A DNA stretch of 64,000 bases. Origin: Armatimonadota bacterium. Lineage in GTDB: Bacteria; Armatimonadota; SYMT01. The position numbers were made by a program, and so were the translations under genes. Location of the stretch: assembly GCA_046292385.1 (NCBI GenBank), contig JBKBRF010000002.1, positions 96,001-160,000 on the forward strand. Direction: 5' to 3'. This document shows positions 18,026 through 27,798 of this stretch, one piece after another; the stretch's first letter is position 1, and every line of letters starts with the position of its first letter. Under the pieces are notes generated by a model. That model was not told the DNA's origin. It searched no databases and saw only the letters and a list, made by a program, of their open reading frames with translations.

Positions 18026-19756
18026 TTACTCGCCCGGTAGGGAGAGCGGCGTGCCTTCGATGATGGCGGGCGAGCCGGAGGCGATCACCTTCTGCCCCTC
18101 TTCCAGGCCGGAGAGCACCTCCGCGTGCCGGTCGTCGACCAGCCCGGTCTTGATCAGCTGGCGGCGTGCCACCCAGCCCTCGCCCTCTTCCACGGGCGCG
18201 ATCAGCCAGACGAAGCGGTCTCCCGACTCGGTCTGGACCGCCGCCTTATCGACCAGCAGCGCCGCCTGGTGCCGCCCCACCCGGACGTTCGCCCGGGCGA
18301 AGCCGCCCACCGGCAGCTCCTTGCCGCCGCCGAGCACCGCGATCCGCACCCGGAAGGAGCGGCTGTCGCGGTCCGCCACCGGGATCACTTCCCGCACCAC
18401 ACCGGAGAATTTCTTGCCGGGCAGGGAGTCGACCGTCACGCTCGCCGGGGCGTTCGACCGCAGCATCGAGACTTCCAACTCCGGCACCTGCGCCTCTACG
18501 TAGACGGTGTCGAGCGCCACCAGGGTCATCAGGTTGCTGCTGGTGGTGACCATCTCGCCCGCGTGCACCTGCCGCACGGAGACGACGCCGGAGACCGGCG
18601 CGCGGATCGTGAGGTCCTCGAGCTGCGTGCGGTAGAGCGCCAGGTCGGCTTCCGCCTCCGCCAGCGCGGCGCGGGCGCTCCCGATCTCATCCTCGGAGAG
18701 CTTGCTCTGCACCAGGCCCGCTTCGGTCGCCTGGACCGCGGCCTCGGCCTGCCGCAGCGCCGCGCGGGCCGCCTCGACGTTGTCCTTCGCCAGGTCGCGG
18801 CGGCGCTCGTCGCTCACCGCAATCTCCAGCGCCCGCTCCGCAGCGGCGAGCTGGCCCTGGGCGATGCGGACTTCCTCCGGGCGCGAGCCTTCATTCGCGA
18901 GCTCGAGCTGCTGCTGGCTCGCGGCGAGGCGCGCTTCCGCAACCTTTAGCTCCGCCAGCTCCGCCTTGTGCTGGCGCTCCGCCTCGTCGACCTCTTCCTT
19001 CGCGATCGCGTCCTTCTGGAAGAGCGTCTGCCGCCGCTCCAGGACCTGACCCGCGTTCTGCGCGTCGACCTTCGCCTGCTCCACCAGGGCGCGGGCCTCC
19101 ACGATTGCCAGCTCCGCCTGCCGCAGCTCCTGCTTGCGGGTGAGCTCCTTCGCAATCGAGAGCCGCTCCGTGGCGACGCGGACGCCGGACTGGGCGCTCT
19201 CCACCTTCTTACGCGTCTCCACGTCGATCAGCTTCGCTTCGGTCTCGGCCTGCTGCAGCCGGGTCTTTGCGGTATCGAGTGCGGCGAGAGCGCGCTGGTG
19301 CTCCGAGCGGGCCGAGGTATCCTTCCAGCTCGCCTGGTTCCGCGCCAGGGAGAGCTTGGCCCGCGCGGCCGCGATGGCGCCCTGCGCCCCGGCCATCTGC
19401 GCCCGCAGCTCCCGCTCGTCGAGCTGTACCAGCACCTGCCCCTGCTTGACGCGGTCGCCTTCCTTCACGGTGACCCGGACTACCTTCCCGGCGATCCGCG
19501 ACCCGATCTGCACGTCCTCGTCCGCCTTGAGGCTGCCGGAGATCTCCAGCGACTGCTGCATGTCTCCGCGGCTGACCACCACCGGCGTTACCGGGACCGC
19601 CTGCGCGCTGCTGCGCGGCTTCTCTTCTCGCGCCGCGGCGTGGACGGCCTGGCCGCCCTGCGCCGGTCCCTCCGCGCTCCGGGAGGAGCCGAGCAGCAGG
19701 AAGCCGGCGGCGGACGCGCCGACGAGCGCGATGAGGACTGACCAACGTTTCATCAC
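18026..19756 (-). CDS. RND periplasmic adaptor (long coiled coil)
   Basis: N-terminal TM, VKEGDRVKQGQVLVQLD, IRAPVSGVV, SGLEEGQKVI. Confidence 0.9.
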   Translation of the reverse strand: MMKRWSVLIALVGASAAGFLLLGSSRSAEGPAQGGQAVHAAAREEKPRSSAQAVPVTPVVVSRGDMQQSLEISGSLKADEDVQIGSRIAGKVVRVTVKEGDRVKQGQVLVQLDERELRAQMAGAQGAIAAARAKLSLARNQASWKDTSARSEHQRALAALDTAKTRLQQAETEAKLIDVETRKKVESAQSGVRVATERLSIAKELTRKQELRQAELAIVEARALVEQAKVDAQNAGQVLERRQTLFQKDAIAKEEVDEAERQHKAELAELKVAEARLAASQQQLELANEGSRPEEVRIAQGQLAAAERALEIAVSDERRRDLAKDNVEAARAALRQAEAAVQATEAGLVQSKLSEDEIGSARAALAEAEADLALYRTQLEDLTIRAPVSGVVSVRQVHAGEMVTTSSNLMTLVALDTVYVEAQVPELEVSMLRSNAPASVTVDSLPGKKFSGVVREVIPVADRDSRSFRVRIAVLGGGKELPVGGFARANVRVGRHQAALLVDKAAVQTESGDRFVWLIAPVEEGEGWVARRQLIKTGLVDDRHAEVLSGLEEGQKVIASGSPAIIEGTPLSLPGE

Positions 19757-21225
19757 TGTTCTCCCTGTGAACCCGGGGGAGGCATGGGTGGAGCCGGCAC
19801 CGCCATGCCGGCGATCAATTCTTCAACGGTCTGGCCGGTGGCCGCCTCGAGGCGCACGCGGGCGGCTTCGTAATCGAACGTCGCGTTAGCTAGATTCTGC
19901 CCCGCCCGCGCCACCGCAACCTGCGCGTCGGTCACCTCGACGTTCGTGCCGACGCCGGCCTGGTAGCGGACGTTCGCCACGCGCAGCGCCTCGCGGGCGG
20001 CGCGCTGCTCCTGGGTGGCGGTCTGGATGCGCCGCTCGGCCTCGCGCAGGTCGAGCAGGGCGCTCCGCACATCTAACTCTACCTGTTGGCGGGCCAGCTC
20101 CAGTTCCTGGCGGGTCTCATCCACCAGTCCCTGTGCCTCTCGGACCCGATTGCGCGTGAGGCCACTATCAAAGAACGGGAAATCGAGAGTGAGGCCCAGG
20201 TTCCACCGGTACGCGGTCGAGGCAAAGCCGCCCGGGTTCGGCCGGTCGTACCCGGCGGAGAAGTCGATCTGCGGCTTGTTCTCCGCACGGCGGGCCCGCA
20301 CTTCCTGGCGGAGCCCCTCTACCGTCTCCCGGAGCGCGGCGAGCTGCGGGCGCTCCTCCAGCGCCGCCTCCCGGGCCTGCTCGAAGGTGATCGGCGGCAC
20401 CGGCGGCTCCGTCCCCAGCTCCAGCGCGATCGGCGCATCGGCCGGGCGGCCCAGGGCGGTGTTGAGAGTCGACTCCGCCAGCGCGATCTCGTTCTCCGCG
20501 TCGATCACCTCTTGCTCGGCGTTTGCCAACTCCGCCTCGGCCCGGATCACGTCGAAGCGTGGGGAGACGTCGCTCTCGAAGCGCGCCTGCGCGACCCGCA
20601 GCTGCTCCTGCGCCGACTCCCGCCGCTCCTGCGCCACCGCGAGGAGCTGCTGGCTCCGGAGCACGTTGTAGAAGCTGACCCCGACCACCAGGCGGACGTC
20701 GTTTTCGGTCTCTTCCGTGCGGAAGAGCGCGGCGTTCACGTCCCGCTCCGCCGCCCGCTGACGGGCGCTGCGCCGGCCCCAGTCGAAGACCACCTGGTTC
20801 AGGAAGACGCCGAGATCCCAGCGGTAGGCGGGAACGGCGGGGTTATCGCCCGGCCGGAACGGGGGGACGGTCGGCCCCTGCCGGATGACGAAGTTGGAGG
20901 TATTCAACTGCGGCCCCCGCTCGGCGCGCCGCTGCCCCACCCGGGCGCGCGCCTGGCGCACCTGCGCCGCCGCGCCGCCAATCCGCGGGTTGTGCTCCAG
21001 CGCGTAGCGCACCGCCTCATCCAGGGAGAACGTCTCTCCCGGACCGGGCGCCTCGCCCGGGGGCGGGGTTGGAGCTGCGGGCGGCGGGGCCGGCGCCGCC
21101 GGGTTACCGGCCTGCGCCGCGAAGGCAAGGCCGCTCCCGGAGAGGGCTCCCGCCGCGAGGAGGCCCGCCAGCACGCCGCGCGCCGTCGAAGCCGTCGCCG
21201 GAAAGCTCTGGAAGTGCTTCCGCAC
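19753..21225 (-). CDS. TolC-family outer membrane protein
   Basis: SLDEAVRYALEHNP, LDFPFFDSG, RYQAGVGTNVEVTDAQ; GTG at 21225 follows GGAAGG (start uncertain). Confidence 0.9.
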   Translation of the reverse strand: MRKHFQSFPATASTARGVLAGLLAAGALSGSGLAFAAQAGNPAAPAPPPAAPTPPPGEAPGPGETFSLDEAVRYALEHNPRIGGAAAQVRQARARVGQRRAERGPQLNTSNFVIRQGPTVPPFRPGDNPAVPAYRWDLGVFLNQVVFDWGRRSARQRAAERDVNAALFRTEETENDVRLVVGVSFYNVLRSQQLLAVAQERRESAQEQLRVAQARFESDVSPRFDVIRAEAELANAEQEVIDAENEIALAESTLNTALGRPADAPIALELGTEPPVPPITFEQAREAALEERPQLAALRETVEGLRQEVRARRAENKPQIDFSAGYDRPNPGGFASTAYRWNLGLTLDFPFFDSGLTRNRVREAQGLVDETRQELELARQQVELDVRSALLDLREAERRIQTATQEQRAAREALRVANVRYQAGVGTNVEVTDAQVAVARAGQNLANATFDYEAARVRLEAATGQTVEELIAGMAVPAPPMPPPGSQGEQ

Positions 21226-21515
21226 CAAGTCTGTCCTTCCCAACCGGTACTCCCCATCCGGGAGCCCTGAATTCTACTGCCGCCGCGCCCGGGGATCACC
21301 CGGACGCAGGCGGAGGGTTCCGCTCCCCCTGTTAAATCAACAGTTAACTAGCACCTCCAGCGACCGGCCAACGCTGCCGAAACCCAACGCGATTGGCGGA
21401 GCGCCTGACAGTCGGTGGAGAGACCGAGAAAAGCCCGAGTGGTGCCTGCCCGACGCTCCGGCAGAGGAGCGGGCGCGCGTTGACGGGTCCGGGCAAACCC
21501 GGTAAGGTGTGCTCC

Positions 21516-21965
21516 GTGAGGACGGTGGTGCAGCGGGTACTGGAGGCGCGGGTAGTGGTCGACGGCGAGACCGTCGGTCGCATCGGGCCCGGGCTGCTCG
21601 CCCTGGTGGGCGTTCGGGAGGACGACACCGCGGCGGACGTGCAGTACACCGCGGAGAAGATCGCGCACCTCCGCGTCTTCGATAACGACGAAGGGCGGCG
21701 CGACCTCAGCGCGCTCGACACCGGGGCGGAGATCCTGGTAGTGAGCCAGTTCACGCTCTACGGGGACGTGCGGAAAGGCCGTCGCCCGAGCTACTCCGAG
21801 GCAGCGCGCGGGGAGCAGGCCGAGGCGTTCTACGAGGAAGTCTGCGCGGCCCTGCGAAAGCTGAGCCTGACGGTGCAGACCGGCCGCTTCGGCGCCGACA
21901 TGCGGGTGGAGATGGTGGGGCACGGTCCCGTCACGATCCTGCTCGACAGCCGGCGCGGCTTCTGA
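21516..21965 (+). CDS. dtd: D-aminoacyl-tRNA deacylase
   Basis: MRTVVQRV start, VSQFTL, KGRRPS, Gly-Pro motif GPVT. Confidence 0.93.
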   Translation: MRTVVQRVLEARVVVDGETVGRIGPGLLALVGVREDDTAADVQYTAEKIAHLRVFDNDEGRRDLSALDTGAEILVVSQFTLYGDVRKGRRPSYSEAARGEQAEAFYEEVCAALRKLSLTVQTGRFGADMRVEMVGHGPVTILLDSRRGF

Positions 21966-22112
21966 CCGCGCGCCCACGCGCCGACAATCTCAGCGGAGAC
22001 CCGCGGGCGGAGCGGCCCGGAACCTCCTTGACCCGATAGCGTGTCAATGATACTGTTCGCTCCCCCGGTCGAGCCGCCGGGGAGCTTGCGCCCGGTCAGA
22101 GTGGGAAGAAGT

Positions 22113-22985
22113 ATGTCCACCTCCGAAGAATTCAGACCGCAGGGCGGACGGAACGCCGTCGAAGGCGAAGAGCCGCCGAGCGCGGCAGGCTTCCGGGCGA
22201 TGGGAGACGACCTCGCCGCGGAAGGCCGGCTGCAGGAGGCGATCGAGCAGTACAAGCGGGCCGTCCGCGCGGAAGGGGACAACCCGGACCACCACGCGCG
22301 GCTGGGCGATGCCTACGTCTTCGCGGAGAACAGCGGCCAGGCGCTGGCGCACTACCGCCGCGCGCTGCAGTGCAATCCGAACCACGCCGACACCCACTTC
22401 TCCCTGGCAGAGGTCTACCGGCGCTTCGGCAAGATCAAGGGCGCGATCACCCTCTACCGCAAGGCGATCGACCTCGCGCCCCGCAACCCCTACTACCGCT
22501 ACCGCCTCGCCACCGCCTTCAGCCAGCAGGGGAAGGTCGACTCCGCCATCCACGAGCTCCAGGAAGCGATCCGCCTGGCCCCGGAGGACGGCTTCTATCA
22601 TTTCTGGCTCGGCGACCTCTACCTCGACCTCGACCGCACCGCGGAAGGAGTCCGCGAGCTGGAGCAGGCGGTGAGCCACTGCCCGTTCGACGACTACTAC
22701 TGCGTCCGCCTCGGGATGGCGTACGGCATGGTGAACCGCAACGACGACGCGGTGCCGCTCTTCCAGCGCGCCATCCGTCTCCGCCCGAACAACGCGTCGT
22801 ACCACTACCTGCTAGCGGATGCCTTCGCGCGCATGGGCTACGCGCTGCGGGCGGCGATGCACTACGAGATCGCCGGCGACCTCGATCCGTACGACCGCCA
22901 GTACGTCACCCGCATGCGAGAGGGCTTCCTGAAAGGAAGCCGCCCCAGCCGGGAAGACTTCGGCCTCTCGCCGCTGGAAGACTGA
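22113..22985 (+). CDS. Tetratricopeptide-repeat protein
   Basis: Several 34-aa TPR units (AI..Y..A....P.N pattern); start may be further upstream (22041). Confidence 0.85.
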   Translation: MSTSEEFRPQGGRNAVEGEEPPSAAGFRAMGDDLAAEGRLQEAIEQYKRAVRAEGDNPDHHARLGDAYVFAENSGQALAHYRRALQCNPNHADTHFSLAEVYRRFGKIKGAITLYRKAIDLAPRNPYYRYRLATAFSQQGKVDSAIHELQEAIRLAPEDGFYHFWLGDLYLDLDRTAEGVRELEQAVSHCPFDDYYCVRLGMAYGMVNRNDDAVPLFQRAIRLRPNNASYHYLLADAFARMGYALRAAMHYEIAGDLDPYDRQYVTRMREGFLKGSRPSREDFGLSPLED

Positions 22986-23000
22986 CCCCACTCTTCCGAG

Positions 23001-23051
23001 AAAAGACCGCCGGGGAGGAGCTGATCTCTCGCTCCTCCCCGGCGGTCTTTT
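23001..23051. terminator. Bidirectional intrinsic terminator
   Basis: aaaagaccgccggggaggagc / gctcctccccggcggtctttt perfect 21-bp stem between convergent genes. Confidence 0.85.
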
Positions 23052-23067
23052 GCTTCCGGCCCGGCGC

Positions 23068-24057
23068 CTACTTCGGTGCGGGCTCCGCGCCTCGCTCCGG
23101 TCTGCGCTCCGGCAGCTTGTAGTCCGGCGGCCGCTGGTCCGGTGGCAGCCAGCGCTGCGGGTTGTAGTCGAGCCCGTAGGCGTCCGCCATCCGATTGTAG
23201 AAGGCGAAGAGCGCGGTGATGAAGCTCGCCTCGAAGATCTGCTCGTCGTTCCAGCCGGACTTCCGCAGCCGCTCTACGTGCGCGTCGGTCACCTTCGCGG
23301 GCTCCAGGGTGAGCACCTTCACGTAATCGAGCAGCGCCCGCTCGCGCTCGGTGAGGTTCGCCGCCTCGGCGTCGCCCTGGCCGATCTTGTCTACGTCTTG
23401 TTGGTCTTGTCCCTGCAACTGCAGGTTATACGCGTGCGCGCCCACTCAAAACTTGCACCGGTTGAGCGCGGAGACGTAGGTCGCGATCATCTCCTTCGTG
23501 CGGCGGTCGAGCGCGGTATCGGGCCGGTGCGCCTTGCCGTGCAGCGTCTGGATCAGCCGCAGCCACTCCGGCCGCAGGCTGAAGGTGTGCATGATCCCGT
23601 TCTTCGGCTGCCGTCCCAGGATCTGCTCCACTTCGTCGTAGCGGGGATCGCCCGGCTCGGCCCAGTCGATCCGCATCACGCCCGCGGCTTGGCGGACCAT
23701 GCCGGTGATGGCGGCCGCGGAGGAGGACCGGCCGACGAAGCGGCCGCGGCGGTCGTAGACCAGCGCCGTCGGCGTCTCCACGATGCCGTACTGCTTCGCC
23801 AGCGGCTCCGTACCGGACTTGAGGGGGATCTCCCGGAAGCCGACTTTCGCCCCCGCCTGCTGCCGGAGCTCCTGGAGGAATCCCCGCTCCAGCGTGCTGG
23901 AGGGCTTCAGGAAGACGAAGACGGTCGGCCGCTCCGCCGCCAGGTGGCGGGTCAGCGGCGCCTCGCGCGCGGCGGAGAGCGGCGCAGCCGGCGAAGGCGG
24001 GCTTCCGCCCGGCGCGGCGAGCAGCGCCGCCAGCGGTAACGCGTGGAAGGGTGACAT
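23068..24057 (-). CDS. Probable selenoprotein: signal peptide + thioredoxin-like domain + AhpD/CMD peroxidase-like domain (Sec at TGA 23446-23448)
   Basis: ORFs 23446..24057 and 23068..23445 are in frame and joined by one TGA, giving EMIATYVSALNRCKF-U-VGAH, which matches the AhpD-family VSxxNxCxxCxxxH motif; 329 aa with readthrough. Confidence 0.85.
23412..23425 (-). promoter_or_regulatory. Candidate bacterial SECIS stem-loop
   Basis: mRNA reads UGA + 20 nt + CCUGC-AGUU-GCAGG hairpin with GU in the apical loop. Confidence 0.55.
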
Positions 24058-24061
24058 CTCC

Positions 24062-24907
24062 TCAGTTCTCCTTGAACCAGGCCCGCGCCGCGGGGGCGAG
24101 GGTGCGCGACCATGCCACGCCGCTGGTGCTGCGGGTGCGCCAGGAGCTGCCGGGGCCCTTGAACCACTTCACGTGCCCGTCCGCCAGCAGGTAATTGGCC
24201 CCGCCGCTGTGGCGGTAGCGGGCGCCGCAGTAGTTCGCCGCCTGCCCGTTCGTCGGACCGGTAATCGGCGGGTAGCCGCTCTCCAGGCGGCTGCAGTCGG
24301 TGGTCCAGTCATCCCCGCCGGTGACATTGATCCAGCCCATGCCCTCTGCCGCCAGCACCACCTCCGCCGGGGCGTTGATGGTCGCCAGGCTGCTCGGCTT
24401 GCCGGGGAAATGGCCGAAGCTGGCGAAGCCGCGGTGCCACATCGGGATCAGGTTGCCGTTCGCCATGTAGCTCATCGCCGGGGAGAAGTTCTGCGCCGGG
24501 AACGGTCCGGGCGCCGGCTCGCCGGGGAGCAGCGGGACCGACCGGTTCTCCACGCTGGGACAGATCCAGAACGGAGCGTTGGCGCGCTGCGCGTTGACGC
24601 CGTTCTGGATCACGGCGCGGGCCCCGGCCCGGGCGTACGGCTCCACCAGGTCGTACCACATCTGGACCGGCTGCCCCGGCGGGTTGTAGGCGCCGAGCGG
24701 CAGCATCTCGTCGGCATCCTGCGCGTACATGATCACCGCCATGCCGATCTGCTTCATGTTGCTGGTGCAGCTCGCCTGGCGCGCTTTCTCCCGGGCCTGC
24801 GCGAAGACCGGGAAGAGAATGGCCGCCAGGATAGCGATGATGGCGATCACTACGAGCAGCTCGATCAGGGTGAAGCCGCGGCGATAGGTGGGGAATGATT
24901 GAGACAT
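24062..24907 (-). CDS. Prepilin-type N-terminal cleavage/methylation protein with H-X9-DG C-terminal motif (DUF1559-like)
   Basis: [51 protein letters not shown]. Confidence 0.92.
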   Translation of the reverse strand: MSQSFPTYRRGFTLIELLVVIAIIAILAAILFPVFAQAREKARQASCTSNMKQIGMAVIMYAQDADEMLPLGAYNPPGQPVQMWYDLVEPYARAGARAVIQNGVNAQRANAPFWICPSVENRSVPLLPGEPAPGPFPAQNFSPAMSYMANGNLIPMWHRGFASFGHFPGKPSSLATINAPAEVVLAAEGMGWINVTGGDDWTTDCSRLESGYPPITGPTNGQAANYCGARYRHSGGANYLLADGHVKWFKGPGSSWRTRSTSGVAWSRTLAPAARAWFKEN

Positions 24908-25128
24908 AGTGCTCCCTACGAAACCTCTGCACGCTCCTCATCTGCGTGCCGCGGGCGGCAGCCTGGGGGCGAAAGGCTCCTTGCTGATCTAGCATGGAAC
25001 GGTAGGACACACCGTTAGAAAGGACTAAGCCGCCGCGCCCCGCGCCGAACACACGGGGCAGGAGCGAGACGCTTCGGGACAGAAGCCTTCGTAGTCACGT
25101 CTGCGCCAGACCCTCCCTTCCTGCACTG

Positions 25129-25386
25129 ATGCCACCTTCCAAGCCGGCCGACGATCCGGCCAACGCCCGTCCCGCCCCCGGAGAGATCGTGCTCCACGAG
25201 GGGCTCACCCTGCTCGAGACCGACGACCCGGTGCTCCTGGTGGAGCTGCAGTCCGACAGCCGGGTCGCCGCCTCGATCGTTGCGCTGCTCTCGCCCTGCG
25301 CCGCGGTGGTGAAAGCCGGAGACGCCCCGGCCCTCGCCGAGCGCCTGCTCAAGACCGGGCACCTGCCGAAAGTGAGCGAGCTGTGA
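25129..25386 (+). CDS. Small protein resembling the alpha/beta module that follows XPB helicase-associated domains
   Basis: LLETDDPVLLVEL...LSPCAAVV...ALAERLLKTGHLP parallels the C-terminus of the downstream protein; GTGA overlap. Confidence 0.6.
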   Translation: MPPSKPADDPANARPAPGEIVLHEGLTLLETDDPVLLVELQSDSRVAASIVALLSPCAAVVKAGDAPALAERLLKTGHLPKVSEL

Positions 25387-27716
25387 GACTCGGCTCCCTG
25401 AGCGGCGAGATCTATCCGGGCGAGCCGATGCGCTTCGACGAATTCCTCTCGCAGTTTTCCTCCGAAGAGCTCAAGCGGCTGGCGAAGCCTTTCGTCGGAA
25501 CGGAAGCGTACCGGCTCAAAAAGGACGCAGCCCTGCGGGCGATCCTCACCGCGCTGCAGAGCCCGGACGTCCTCCGCCGGCGGGCGGCGTCCCTTTCGGA
25601 GGGCGAGCGGTTCGCGCTCACCCTGGTGCGCCGGCGCGGCGGGAGCCTGCCGGCGGCGGAGCTGGCCGGCGCGATCTGCGGCTCCGGGCACACGGTGGAA
25701 GGCTCGCAGTATGACCGCGACTCCTGGACCTCTGCCCTGAACGGGTTGACCGACCGGCTGCTGTTGATGAACGTGGGGCCCTACACAGGCGGGTACGGCT
25801 ATTCGAGCTACTCGCTGGACGGAGGCCTCGGCGGGGTGGTCTCGTTCTCGGACGAGCGTCTGCTCCCCCTGGTGGAGCACACGCCCCCGAAGACGCTGGC
25901 GATCGAGCCGGCGCCGCAGCCGGAGGTGCGGGCGAGTCGCCGCCCGGCGGAAGTACTGCTGCTGATGACCGCCGTCATGGAGGCGATCGGGCGGATGGGG
26001 GGGCTCCCGCTCACCAAGAACGGCAAGCTCAGCCGTCCGGGCCTGCACCGCCTCACCAAGGCCCTGAAGGGGCGCGAGGAGTCGCCGCACCCGCTCGCGG
26101 TATCGCTCTCCTTTGACGAATTCCTCGCTTCGGAGTTCCTGACGGAGCTACTCGGCTCGTCCGCGCTGCTGAGCTGCGACGTCGAGGCGATGCGGGTGCT
26201 GCCCGGTCCTGGAGCCTGGGAGTGGCTGGAGGCGCCGTTCGAGATGCAGGCGCTCCAGTGGGCGATGGGGTACCAGGTCCTCACCGGCTGGGCGGAGTTC
26301 CTGCCCAGGCACTACTATGACCGCCGCGAGCTGGATGTCTCCGGCAAGGTCAACGCGCTCCGAGCCGCCCTGCTGACGGGCCTCGCGGCGCTGCCGGACC
26401 CCGCCCGCTGGTACCGCTTCTCCGAGCTCGCCGCCGCGCTGGAAGGAAGGCTCAAGGGAAAGCTGTCGCTCATGGTGATTCCTTCGACCTACTTCTACGG
26501 GAGAACGGAAGCGGAGCGGCAGGCGTTCGAGACGAAGCGCCAGGAAGAGCTGCGGAAGAACTGGGTGCAGTCGGAGCAGGTCTGGCTGGAGCGGGCGCTC
26601 CGCGGACCGCTGTTCCACCTGGGGCTGGTCGAGCTCGGCGCTGCCGCGGAGAGTCCCGACGACCTCCTGTTCCGGCTCACCGATCCCGCCGCGTCCGGGC
26701 TGCGCTTCTTCTTCCACAACGTCCAGATCCAGGTCGCACCGCCGCCGTCCGGTGGCTGCTGGGTGGTGCAGCCGAACCTCGACGTCGTCGTCTACATGGA
26801 CCGCGTCACGCCGGCGCGGCTGGCGTTCCTGGGACAGGTGGCGAAGACGGAGTCGGTCCAGCCGAATGCCGCCACCTACCGGCTCACCCGCGATTCGGTC
26901 TACTACGCGCTCGAGAGCGGCTTTTCCGCGGAGCAGCTGCTGGAGGGCCTGCGGGAGGGCTCCCAGGGACCGCTCTCCCCGGTGGTGGAGCGCACGCTGC
27001 GGGACTGGTCCGCCAAACGGGAGCGGATCCGGCTGCACACTTCCGCCCGCCTGCTCGAGTTCCCGGACACCGCGGCCCGGGACGCCGCGGCGGAGCGGCT
27101 GGGAAAGGCGGGCGCTCCGGTGGGAGAGCGCTTCCTCCGCCTGGAGGCGGAGACGCTGCCGAGGGAGCTGGCAGCGCGCGTGACGCAGCGGATCGACTAC
27201 CGGCTGCCGCCCCCCACCTGCCTGGAAGTGGCGGAAGACGGCACCGTCACCGCGCGCGGGTCGCTCGACCTCCCGGCGCGATCGCTGCTCCTGCGCTGGA
27301 TGGAGCCGCTCCCGGACCGGGCCAACGCCTGGAGGCTGACCGAGGCGAGCGTCCGCGGCGCGGCGGCGGCAGGACTAAGCCCGGCCTCGCTCGAGACGGT
27401 GCTGACGGAGCGGACCGCCTCCGGCGAGATCCCGGGGATCCTCCGTGTCGCGGTGCGGGCGTGGGCCTCCGGGCGCCCGCTCGAGAAAGCGACTCTCGGG
27501 GAGGCGACGCTCTTCCTCATCCAGGAGAAGGCGCTGGCGGAGGCAGTGGAGGCGAGCGAGCGGCTGCGGGCCCTCCTCGGCGAGCAGCTCTCGCCTCGCG
27601 CGTACCTCGTCCCCGATGCCAACCTGGACGCCCTCCGCGCGCTGCTGGCGGAGCTCGGCATCCAACCGAAGGAGCCCGTTCCCAGGGCGCCGCGATCCCG
27701 AAAGAAGGGCGCGTAG
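25383..27716 (+). CDS. Helicase-associated (XPB/Ssl2 N-terminal-like) domain protein without ATPase motifs
   Basis: VVQPNLDVVV...YRLTRDSVYYALESG...LRDW and a second copy ...WRLTEASVRGAAAAG...VRAW; no Walker A or DExH motif seen. Confidence 0.75.
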   Translation: MRLGSLSGEIYPGEPMRFDEFLSQFSSEELKRLAKPFVGTEAYRLKKDAALRAILTALQSPDVLRRRAASLSEGERFALTLVRRRGGSLPAAELAGAICGSGHTVEGSQYDRDSWTSALNGLTDRLLLMNVGPYTGGYGYSSYSLDGGLGGVVSFSDERLLPLVEHTPPKTLAIEPAPQPEVRASRRPAEVLLLMTAVMEAIGRMGGLPLTKNGKLSRPGLHRLTKALKGREESPHPLAVSLSFDEFLASEFLTELLGSSALLSCDVEAMRVLPGPGAWEWLEAPFEMQALQWAMGYQVLTGWAEFLPRHYYDRRELDVSGKVNALRAALLTGLAALPDPARWYRFSELAAALEGRLKGKLSLMVIPSTYFYGRTEAERQAFETKRQEELRKNWVQSEQVWLERALRGPLFHLGLVELGAAAESPDDLLFRLTDPAASGLRFFFHNVQIQVAPPPSGGCWVVQPNLDVVVYMDRVTPARLAFLGQVAKTESVQPNAATYRLTRDSVYYALESGFSAEQLLEGLREGSQGPLSPVVERTLRDWSAKRERIRLHTSARLLEFPDTAARDAAAERLGKAGAPVGERFLRLEAETLPRELAARVTQRIDYRLPPPTCLEVAEDGTVTARGSLDLPARSLLLRWMEPLPDRANAWRLTEASVRGAAAAGLSPASLETVLTERTASGEIPGILRVAVRAWASGRPLEKATLGEATLFLIQEKALAEAVEASERLRALLGEQLSPRAYLVPDANLDALRALLAELGIQPKEPVPRAPRSRKKGA

Positions 27717-27798
27717 CGCAGCGGGGGCAGGAGGCCGGGCTCCGGCGGGCGAATTCTGGCCCGGGAGCCGCGATGGTGCGGCCGGAGCGAGAGGTTTT

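Noticed and set aside
14959..18063. 1034-aa plus-strand ORF
   Set aside because: Antisense shadow of the AcrB-family gene.
20060..20200. Patch of atypical codons inside the second tolC
   Set aside because: Short, the protein motif is intact, and no promoter or RNA structure could be supported.
23412..23427. Similarity of the SECIS candidate (AACCTGC/GTTGCAGG) to the GCAGGTT repeat family
   Set aside because: The match is only 7-8 nt and could be chance; no evidence of a relationship.
23068..23445. Independent 125-aa gene, or nonsense pseudogene
   Set aside because: Its GTG start directly abuts the TGA with no RBS, and the TGA falls on the catalytic Cys column, so Sec readthrough is the better explanation.
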